From positions 1 to 31,719 of IMG/VR virus record IMGVR_UViG_3300044675_005591: a DNA stretch of 31,719 bases; one strand, given 5' to 3'. This DNA is from a virus (taxonomy: Duplodnaviria; Caudoviricetes). Under the pieces are notes generated by a model that saw nothing but the letters and a program-made list of their open reading frames with translations, was not told where the DNA came from and ran no database searches. Below, in pieces: positions 24,656-31,719 of the stretch. Position 1 is the first letter of the stretch, and each line of letters opens with the position of its first letter. A program made the position numbers and the translations under genes.

Positions 24656-24976
24656 ATGCAGACCACCATCGACACCAAAAACTTCCAAGGCGCTGGCGTC
24701 CCCAGCAACTACGCCAAAGCCACCGCTGACGGCACCGTGTTCACCCTCGCCAAAGGCGAAGTCGGTTTCATCCAGAACCTCGACGACGCCGCGCTTGCGG
24801 TGAAGTTCGGAGCTACCGCCAGCACGACCAGCTTCAACGTCATCCTCCAAGCCGGATCGGCCGCCGATGATGGCAAGGGAGGCTTCATCTACGTCACCGA
24901 TTACGTCGGCGTCGTCAGTGTCGCCGCCATGAGCGGCACCGCCAACTACATCGCCTGGAAACGCGTGCTTGCCTGA
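24656..24976 (+). CDS. Virion protein, 106 aa
   Basis: ATG 24656; beta-rich composition. Confidence 0.6.
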   Translation: MQTTIDTKNFQGAGVPSNYAKATADGTVFTLAKGEVGFIQNLDDAALAVKFGATASTTSFNVILQAGSAADDGKGGFIYVTDYVGVVSVAAMSGTANYIAWKRVLA

Positions 24977-24980
24977 CCTC

Positions 24981-25883
24981 ATGACGCACTTGCTCCGCAG
25001 TCCTTCGCAACTGGTGAACCCGCTGGCCCGTCAGCGGTTCCTGGGGTTTGGGACGGCTCCGGGCGGGGCGGCGTTTGTGGGTGCGCTGGACGCCTTTACG
25101 GCTGGCCTGAGTGGCGCGTGGAGTGTGGCGAGGCGTTTGGTGGCATCTTACACGAGTGCGTTGATCCGTGTGCGGCGCAGTTCCGATAACGCAGAGTTAG
25201 ACATCAATGCCTTCAATGGTATTTTGGATGTCGCCAGCATTGCCAGCTTTTGCAGTGGCACCACAGGCTTTGTCAGCACGATTTATAACCAATTCGGCAT
25301 TGCGAGCAATCTCACCGCAGCAGCGGCGAACCAAGGGCGCATTTATAATGCGGGCGCTGTCATCGTGAAAAATGGACTTCCAATGATTGAAGTGCCTCCA
25401 GCTGCCACCGTTGGTTACGCCGCCAGTTTTGCTGCTCAAACACCCACTGCTGTTTCTTATGCGGGTGTGGTATCTCCAGTTGGAATTGGCAATTACCATG
25501 GGCAAGTGGGGAATCCAAGCACCTCGTTTGCCCCCAACGGAGCCATTTTGCTTTACGAAAGCAGTGCCACCACGATGCAGCCTTTTGTCGCTTTTGGGTC
25601 GCGGGGCAACGCCATTGCAACCACATCCGGCACGTTGGTTTCAGCGGGGTGCGTGATTGGTGCTAGTAACACCACGGTTTACAAAAATGGCACTCCAACA
25701 TTGGCGGCAGCTTACACGCCGACGTTTAACTTTGCTGGATATGGATTCTGGAATGCTGGCGCGACAATCTCAGGAACAATCGCCGCTGGCGCATGCTGGG
25801 CAGAAGGTATTCTATGGACAGGTGAACGCGCTTCAAGCGTTGCGGCCATCACTGCCAATCAACAAACTTACTTTGGCACATGA
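24981..25883 (+). CDS. Putative receptor-binding/tail protein with lectin-like (concanavalin/arabinofuranosidase-B-like) domain
   Basis: AWSVARRL..YTSALIRVRRSSDNAELDI...VSTIYNQ pattern; codon usage shifts to AT-rich after about 25150. Confidence 0.55.
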   Translation: MTHLLRSPSQLVNPLARQRFLGFGTAPGGAAFVGALDAFTAGLSGAWSVARRLVASYTSALIRVRRSSDNAELDINAFNGILDVASIASFCSGTTGFVSTIYNQFGIASNLTAAAANQGRIYNAGAVIVKNGLPMIEVPPAATVGYAASFAAQTPTAVSYAGVVSPVGIGNYHGQVGNPSTSFAPNGAILLYESSATTMQPFVAFGSRGNAIATTSGTLVSAGCVIGASNTTVYKNGTPTLAAAYTPTFNFAGYGFWNAGATISGTIAAGACWAEGILWTGERASSVAAITANQQTYFGT

Positions 25884-26284
25884 TCCGTTACGTCCCATCA
25901 CCTACCGCAGCCGACTTGACTATTGCCCTTTGGGGGCTAGCCCGCCCAGTGCATTTACGCACGGCAAACGACACCCGCGAGATGTTTGGATGGGTAGATG
26001 ATCTTCAAGACCCGCCGAAGCGTTGGTTGGCGGTGGATACGGAGTTTGTCGTTACGATTCACCCGGAAGCCTCCGTGGATGAAGTGGCTAAAATTTTGCA
26101 GCCATGGGTAACTGCCGGACACCTACCAGCCAACACGATACCTGATTTGACTTCGCTCATTGACGCAAACCGAGGTATGCCAATGGCCGCTTGGGATGCC
26201 TTTCCGCAGTTCTTCAAAGATCAGAGCAAGACTTACGCCGAGATGATCGCGGCAGGCTTTTTAACAGAAGGGGGAATGTCGTGA
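25880..26284 (+). CDS. Hypothetical protein, 134 aa
   Basis: ATGA coupling; same lower-GC segment. Confidence 0.65.
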   Translation: MIRYVPSPTAADLTIALWGLARPVHLRTANDTREMFGWVDDLQDPPKRWLAVDTEFVVTIHPEASVDEVAKILQPWVTAGHLPANTIPDLTSLIDANRGMPMAAWDAFPQFFKDQSKTYAEMIAAGFLTEGGMS

Positions 26285-26289
26285 GCATT

Positions 26290-26745
26290 ATGGACGACAA
26301 CCAAGAAATTATTAAACTCGGGACGGTTCATGGGTGGGTATTCAAAATTTCTCTGTGGGCGGCTCCGTTGTTCTTTGTTTGGACGGTTAACACCATCCTC
26401 GCTCATGATCGCGACATTGCCGTGATGAAAATGCAAATCGCGATGCAAAGCGGTGGCAAGGGCAACATCTCCAACAGCATCAACATGGGCAGCGCGGGGG
26501 CGGACACCGAGATGGTGGACAGCGCCAAAACGTGGCTAACTACGAAGGATGTGGCTACTCGCGAGGGCTGCGACGAGCGCACGGTGCTGAATTACATCGC
26601 GCGCGGCCAGATCGTGCCGATGCCCGAGAAGGATGGCAAGAGCTGGCGCATTTCCGCAGGGTTCCGAATCATTCCGAATCCCGCCGAATCTGGCGGAAAG
26701 GTGGCAGCCAAGCTCCAACCTGAATGCGAGGAGGCCACGCCATGA
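26290..26745 (+). CDS. Membrane-anchored protein with C-terminal excisionase-type HTH
   Basis: Hydrophobic WVFKISLWAAPLFFVWTV; WLTTKDVATREGCDERTVLNYIARGQI. Confidence 0.6.
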   Translation: MDDNQEIIKLGTVHGWVFKISLWAAPLFFVWTVNTILAHDRDIAVMKMQIAMQSGGKGNISNSINMGSAGADTEMVDSAKTWLTTKDVATREGCDERTVLNYIARGQIVPMPEKDGKSWRISAGFRIIPNPAESGGKVAAKLQPECEEATP

Positions 26746-27389
26746 GCCGTCGCGTCGTCTATTTCATCCTGAACGGCATCCACACGAACCCGGCGCAGAC
26801 GGACGGCTGGGTGGATGAAGCTGCAACGCTGCTGAACCGGCAGACGCCCGACTACGTAAAGCCGGAGAAATTCGAGTATTACACGACGGCGCTGACGCGG
26901 CGGCTGTTCCAGACGCGCCGCGCGGAGAAGCTGCTGCACAAGGCGCTCGGTTACGCGGAGGACGGCTGGACCGTGCGGATGATCGGGCACAGCAACGGCT
27001 GCGACCTCATCGCGCGCGTGGCGCTGGCGGCGGCCAAGAAACAGATCCCGACTCTGCGACTCGACAGCGTCCACCTCATCGCGCCAGCGGCGGAGGATGC
27101 AGACTTCGCGCAGGCGGTGCAGTGTGGCGCGATTCGTCGCGTGCACATCTACGGCAGCGCGAATGACAAGGCGCTGCAAGCGGCCGGTTTGTCGGCCAAG
27201 CTGCTCAATTTTGTTGGCCTGGGCTTCGGATCGCTGGGCCTGCGCGGCAAAGCGCTGGCTGACTGCTTTCCGGGCCGCGTGTTTGATCACTCGCGGCACC
27301 ACTATGGACACAGCACGTGGATCGGTGGCCTCACGCTGCCGGGCACGGTGCGCGAAATCCTGCAACACGACGACCTTTTGCCAGCATGA
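26742..27389 (+). CDS. Alpha/beta hydrolase-fold protein
   Basis: LNGI oxyanion-type motif, nucleophile elbow GHSNG, late GHS. Confidence 0.72.
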   Translation: MSRRVVYFILNGIHTNPAQTDGWVDEAATLLNRQTPDYVKPEKFEYYTTALTRRLFQTRRAEKLLHKALGYAEDGWTVRMIGHSNGCDLIARVALAAAKKQIPTLRLDSVHLIAPAAEDADFAQAVQCGAIRRVHIYGSANDKALQAAGLSAKLLNFVGLGFGSLGLRGKALADCFPGRVFDHSRHHYGHSTWIGGLTLPGTVREILQHDDLLPA

Positions 27390-27511
27390 AACTGCTTTTC
27401 CAACTCGCTGACCTGCCCCTGCCTGAAGCTGGGGCTCGCATCATTTTGGCCATCGCCGTGATGATCGGGCTGGTGGTCGGCAGCTTTTACTACGCATCCA
27501 AAAAGCCATGA
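27386..27511 (+). CDS. Small single-pass membrane protein, 41 aa
   Basis: IILAIAVMIGLVVGSFYY plus basic tail; ATGA couplings. Confidence 0.5.
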   Translation: MKLLFQLADLPLPEAGARIILAIAVMIGLVVGSFYYASKKP

Positions 27512-27858
27512 GTTCACCCGCTCCATCTGCTGTCTCGCACCTGCTCACCGCGCTCGGTTTTGAGTGCCTGGGCCATTCGCGGGCGCATGACGGCGCGGTG
27601 ATGTGGATGCTGAGCCTCGGCGCGCGGGACATCCTGATCACGCTGCCAGAAAACGCCACCGTGAGCGACGCGGCGGAGTCGATCTACGACGCCGGAGCGC
27701 GCGACAAGCGCGATGAAATCCAAGGCCGCTGGAGCGATTTCCAAAACGCGCTGAAGTATTCCCGCACGGACACGCTCTGGACCGAAGCGCGCGAGCTGCA
27801 ACGCCTCGCCCGCGAGGAGCGGGAGAAAGCGGCGAGCATGCCGAAGAACGAAGCCTGA
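27508..27858 (+). CDS. Hypothetical protein, 116 aa
   Basis: ORF track; coupled start. Confidence 0.6.
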   Translation: MSSPAPSAVSHLLTALGFECLGHSRAHDGAVMWMLSLGARDILITLPENATVSDAAESIYDAGARDKRDEIQGRWSDFQNALKYSRTDTLWTEARELQRLAREEREKAASMPKNEA

Positions 27859-27873
27859 ACTTTGAACCCTTTT

Positions 27874-28440
27874 ATGAAAACCTGCACTTTCATCCTCGAT
27901 CCCGGCCACGGCATGGGCAATCGCACGCGCGGCACCTACGATCCGGGCGCGGTGGCGGCTGGGGTGCAGGAGGCAGACATCGCTCTAGCGTGGGCCAATG
28001 AACTGCGCAATGTGCTCAAGGGCATGGGCCACCAGGTGGTGCGCACGCGGCGCGATCGGCAAGATCCCTGTCATGTGTCGCGGCGCGATGACATCGCCCG
28101 GGCCTACGGCGGCACGGCCATGATCAGCCTGCACTGCAATGCCGCCAGCGGGCTGGCCAACGGCACGGAAACGTTTTACCGCGGTGCCGAGGACAAGGCG
28201 CTCGCCGAGAAACTGAACGCCGCCGTGTGCAGCGCACTGGGCACGAAGTCGCGCGGCGTGAAGACGGAGCAGGAAAGCCAGCACAAGAGCCTTGCGGTGA
28301 TGGAGTTCCCGAACTGCTGGCTCATCGAGCTCGGTTTCATCGACCACGCAGGCGACCGCGCCAAGATGCTCGATGAAAAGCTGATGCTGCTGGCCTGCCA
28401 AAACATCGCCGCTGTGCTGCATGAGGCTTTTGCGAAGTGA
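27874..28440 (+). CDS. N-acetylmuramoyl-L-alanine amidase (Amidase_3), endolysin
   Basis: LDPGHG, E, ISLHCNA, GTET, LIELGFI zinc-amidase motifs. Confidence 0.9.
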   Translation: MKTCTFILDPGHGMGNRTRGTYDPGAVAAGVQEADIALAWANELRNVLKGMGHQVVRTRRDRQDPCHVSRRDDIARAYGGTAMISLHCNAASGLANGTETFYRGAEDKALAEKLNAAVCSALGTKSRGVKTEQESQHKSLAVMEFPNCWLIELGFIDHAGDRAKMLDEKLMLLACQNIAAVLHEAFAK

Positions 28441-28493
28441 CCCCTTTTCCCGAACCACACGCTGAAGCGTGAACAACTTACCCGATCCCGATC

Positions 28494-29240
28494 ATGCCCA
28501 CCACTTATTCCAAGTTTCGACTCTACGACCAGGAGAACGGCGCTTACGTCACGCCGGAGATCCCGAACATCATCGACGTGGTTGATTTGACCAGCGTTTC
28601 CACTTCCAGCGGCAGCAATGAAGTCACGGTGGCCAGCACGACGGGGCTTTTCCCCGGCATGAGCTTGCACATAGCGACGCTGCCGCAGGGCGCTTTCATT
28701 CACGCGGTCAAATCGAGCACGGTGATCGTGGCGCATGCGCCTGCGTTTGATACGGCCACGGGCACCTGGACGGTGAGCGCGGCCAATGCCAACGCCACGG
28801 CCACGGCCAGCAGCATGACGGGCTCAGCCCGCGGCGCGAATGCCATCGGCATCCCCATGGTGGATGCGAATGGCAGCACCTACCGCAACGAGTTTGGCCA
28901 CACCGGCGCGGCTTGGAATGCGCACGGCGAATACACCAGCAGCGGGCCGACGACGAACAAAGCGGTCGATCCGGTGGCGGCGCAGCCGGGCGTCGTGCTG
29001 ACGCCCGACAGCGTGAGCGTGCTGCCCATCGGCGCGGGCACGACGGCGCAGACGGCCGTGAAGCTGTCCGCCACCGCCATCACGCCGAAGATCAGCGACA
29101 GCGTGAAGGGCACGCCGCCGCGTCCGATGCCGCTGTGGACGACGTGGTGGCTGCTGGTGGCCTCGACGGGTGCGGTGACCCTGCTGCGCAAGAGTCCGCA
29201 GGTGCAGCTCGTGCGCACCGGTTCGAGCACGGCCTCGTAA
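28494..29240 (+). CDS. Virion structural protein, Thr/Ser/Ala-rich, 248 aa
   Basis: VTVASTTGLFPGM beta-repeat-like motif; composition. Confidence 0.6.
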   Translation: MPTTYSKFRLYDQENGAYVTPEIPNIIDVVDLTSVSTSSGSNEVTVASTTGLFPGMSLHIATLPQGAFIHAVKSSTVIVAHAPAFDTATGTWTVSAANANATATASSMTGSARGANAIGIPMVDANGSTYRNEFGHTGAAWNAHGEYTSSGPTTNKAVDPVAAQPGVVLTPDSVSVLPIGAGTTAQTAVKLSATAITPKISDSVKGTPPRPMPLWTTWWLLVASTGAVTLLRKSPQVQLVRTGSSTAS

Positions 29241-29262
29241 TTTCCCTTTTTCCTCCCCTCTC

Positions 29263-30081
29263 ATGGATCCGCAAGAAGTCCAAATCGCCGAGCCCGTCGC
29301 CTCGCCCATCCCCGGGGTGCTGGCGCTGCGCTTCCGCGTGCCGAAGAGCAAGCTGCGCCAGGCGATCATGCCGACGCCGCTGGAGACGACGTATCTGGAA
29401 TGCCAGCTCCCCGGCCGCATCCGGCTGGATGAGTTTGGCAGCTACGTGTTCAGCTCGGATCAGGACGGATCTGCGGGGTATCACGAGTTTTTGTTTGTGC
29501 CGGAACGCAGCGCGGCGGAAATCGCCACGCCGGTGCCCAGCCTGAGCCATCCGGACACGCAGCCGTTTCCATGGAAGCCGTGCCTCATTCAGCTCGGTGC
29601 GCTGGAGGACGACACGCAGCCGCTGACGTTTGAGACGGGCCCAGGCACGTCGGTGCAGGTGCCTCGGTTGTTTGGTCGCATGCACCTGCTGCCCGGCGGC
29701 ATGTATGCCAGCGAGATCGAGACGGAAGTGTTTGTGGCGCATCGCCCGTTCACGCGGGAGGAGATGGGCGTGCTGGAAACGCAGGTGACCACGCGCTTGC
29801 AGTGGCAGGGCCGCAACCTCGACGTGGATCTCGACTGCCTGCATGGCTTGGTGGAGTTCCCCGAGACGCAGACGAGCGGGCGCGCGGTGTCCGGCCTGGG
29901 CACGGTGAACAATCCGCTCGTGCTCACGGGCAAGACGGTGTTCCCGCAGACGCCGATGCCGAAGTGGAAGCGTCATTTGTTTGACCAACGGCATGAGCCG
30001 GTGGGCGGCATGTGGCGGCTGACGAATCAATGGGTCAACCCGCCGCGTGGCGCGCGGCGCATCCTGGGGGCGGCGGTATGA
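29263..30081 (+). CDS. Hypothetical phage protein, 272 aa
   Basis: ORF track; coupled to the next gene. Confidence 0.65.
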   Translation: MDPQEVQIAEPVASPIPGVLALRFRVPKSKLRQAIMPTPLETTYLECQLPGRIRLDEFGSYVFSSDQDGSAGYHEFLFVPERSAAEIATPVPSLSHPDTQPFPWKPCLIQLGALEDDTQPLTFETGPGTSVQVPRLFGRMHLLPGGMYASEIETEVFVAHRPFTREEMGVLETQVTTRLQWQGRNLDVDLDCLHGLVEFPETQTSGRAVSGLGTVNNPLVLTGKTVFPQTPMPKWKRHLFDQRHEPVGGMWRLTNQWVNPPRGARRILGAAV

Positions 30082-30740
30082 CGCATGCCGAGCGATTCAC
30101 CACGGCGCGGGCGCGGCCTTCGCTGACCGAGGCTTTGCCGCAAGCGGCCAGCGCATCCGCGTTTGGTGGCGGACTGACGGTGCCGAATCGCGTCCGTTCG
30201 TTGGATGATTCGACGCGGCGCGGGCGTGCGGGTGCGGACGGAATTGACGGCCAAGACGGGGCCCCGGGAGCGCCCGGCGCGGACGGAATTGACGGCCAAG
30301 ACGGAGCCCCCGGAGCGCCCGGCGCAGACGGAATTGACGGCCAAGACGGAGCCCCCGGTGAGCAGGGGCCACCGGGGCCCGAGGGTCCAGCGGGCCCCAA
30401 AGGCGGTGACAGCATCCGCACCAATGCGCACGGGACCAAAGCCGTCGGCATTGTGGAAGGCACGCAGGGGCAATGGCTGGACCTGGTGCCGCATGGCGAG
30501 CCCATTGAGCCGTGGCTGGAAGACGAACTGGTGGAGCCAGTGCGCTTTGTGAGTGAGTGCGGGCGCTTTGACCTCATCGTGGGCGTTCCCAAGCACTGCG
30601 AGCACTGGCGCATGCCGACCAAAACGCCGCAGCAAGCTGAGGCGGCCAAGGCGCAGTGGCGGGAGATTTCACAGAACACGCTGCTGGCTCGAATCGAATC
30701 GTTAGAAGATGCCATCGCCCAGATAAAAGGCGTGGCGTAG
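30078..30740 (+). CDS. Collagen-like (Gly-X-Y) repeat protein, fibre-like
   Basis: [15 protein letters not shown] repeats; C-terminal [16 protein letters not shown] coiled coil. Confidence 0.75.
   Translation: MTHAERFTTARARPSLTEALPQAASASAFGGGLTVPNRVRSLDDSTRRGRAGADGIDGQDGAPGAPGADGIDGQDGAPGAPGADGIDGQDGAPGEQGPPGPEGPAGPKGGDSIRTNAHGTKAVGIVEGTQGQWLDLVPHGEPIEPWLEDELVEPVRFVSECGRFDLIVGVPKHCEHWRMPTKTPQQAEAAKAQWREISQNTLLARIESLEDAIAQIKGVA
30231..30358 (+). repeat. 45-bp coding tandem repeat, about 3 copies
   Basis: GACGGAATTGACGGCCAAGACGG recurs every 45 bp. Confidence 0.9.
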
Positions 30741-30785
30741 CATTGGTTTTTCAGATAGACTCCACCTCAACCATCACATTCCCTT

Positions 30786-31719
30786 ATGAGTGCCGTTTCT
30801 CAAACCGACGCCATGTTTCGCTGGCACCAGCAAAACCAAGAAGCCCAGGCAAACGCCAAGACGGGCGGCGGCGGGCCTGTCATGTTTTCACTGAATCCGT
30901 TCCTGCGTGATCCCGCAACGGGAGCCATGCCCAGCGCGATGCAGCCGACGCAAGGCGGCATTCCCCCCGTGCTGTTTGGCGGTTTCCGCGCGAAGGGCGG
31001 GCCGGTGCGTCCGGGCCGCGCGTATGTGGTCGGCGAGCGAGGGCCGGAGCTGATGGTGCCCTCCACGCCGGGGACAATCGTGCCCAATTCCGCGCTGAAT
31101 CCTGTGAATGGACGGCCTTCAACCTTTGATGGACAAAGCCGCACAATGTTCTTTGGTAAAGCCATGCAGGATGATCCTTCGCGCGGCCGTGCCGTAGGCG
31201 ATGGCAGCGGGGTGTATGGTGACATCATGCGCGAGGCGGTGGGCCAAGCACCGCGCGTGGATCCGCGCAGCTTTGGCACGGGTGGCAGTCGCTTTGTGGG
31301 GCCGCCGGCTCCTGCTGGCTCGATGCCGCAGACCACGCCGCCGGGACAGGGCGCGCCCATGCCGCCGATGCAGCCCTCAACCGGGATGCTGGTGGCAGGC
31401 CCGGGCGGCAGCACGAAATGGCAGCCGGGCACGGGACCGGGCACGACGCTGCCACCGATGACCGCGCCCAATCAGATGCCGGCACGCCCGCCGGTTCCTG
31501 CTGGCTCGATGCCGCAGACCATGCCGGGACAGGGCGCGCCCATGCCGCCGATGCAGCCCTCAACCGGGATGCTGGTGGCGGGCCCGGGCGGGAGCACGAA
31601 ATGGCAGCCGGGCACGGGACCGGGCACGACGCTGCCACCGATGACCGCGCCCAATCAGATGCCGGCACGCCCGCCGGTTCCTGCTGGCTCGATGCCGCAG
31701 ACCATGCCGACGATGGCCG
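30786..31719 (+). CDS. Virion-associated protein, truncated by the window end (absent from the ORF track)
   Basis: Open from ATG 30786 to the end; contains GFRAKGGPVRPGRAYVVGERGPELMVP, a motif typical of tape-measure C-termini, then Pro/Met/Gly-rich repeats. Confidence 0.7.
   Translation, partial: MSAVSQTDAMFRWHQQNQEAQANAKTGGGGPVMFSLNPFLRDPATGAMPSAMQPTQGGIPPVLFGGFRAKGGPVRPGRAYVVGERGPELMVPSTPGTIVPNSALNPVNGRPSTFDGQSRTMFFGKAMQDDPSRGRAVGDGSGVYGDIMREAVGQAPRVDPRSFGTGGSRFVGPPAPAGSMPQTTPPGQGAPMPPMQPSTGMLVAGPGGSTKWQPGTGPGTTLPPMTAPNQMPARPPVPAGSMPQTMPGQGAPMPPMQPSTGMLVAGPGGSTKWQPGTGPGTTLPPMTAPNQMPARPPVPAGSMPQTMPTMA
31302..31708 (+). repeat. 183-186 bp coding tandem repeat, about 2.2 copies
   Basis: Units start at 31302, 31488 and 31671; near-identical. 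Confidence 0.9.

Larger units (their letters stand above)
1..31719. mobile_element. Prophage (tailed temperate phage) at tRNA-Leu, continuing beyond the right edge
   Basis: tRNA followed by integrase, then replication, terminase, portal, capsid and amidase genes in phage order. Confidence 0.92.

Noticed and set aside
28449-28474. CCCGAAC-CACAC-GCTGAAGC, resembling an attC left arm
   Set aside because: No complementary right arm or GTT at a suitable distance.
31302-31708. Near-identical repeats as a diversity-generating retroelement template/variable pair
   Set aside because: The repeats are tandem and in frame, the differences are not adenine-specific, and no reverse transcriptase is in the window.

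Overview
This window is the left part of a GC-rich temperate phage (prophage) next to a tRNA-Leu(TAA). In order it contains a tyrosine integrase, a leftward early/accessory arm, a divergent control region, replication genes (YdaU/DUF1376, C5 methyltransferase, DnaB, SSB-like), packaging and head genes (TerL, portal, scaffold-like, major capsid), and virion/lysis genes running off the right end. The standout feature is an integron system inside the phage. An integron integrase (IntI, 3189-4211) is accompanied by seven attC-like hairpins and three mutually similar attI-like sites at three loci (about 1535-2485, 4219-5497 and 15006-15383). All seven cassette ORFs are inverted relative to normal integron cassettes, so they lie in the direction of the surrounding phage operons, and several start or stop inside the attC sites. 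One cassette encodes an Acb2/Tad1-like candidate anti-defence protein. The methyltransferase locus is dual-coded in two full-length overlapping frames. All calls come from manual reading and motif recognition; no database searches were run.
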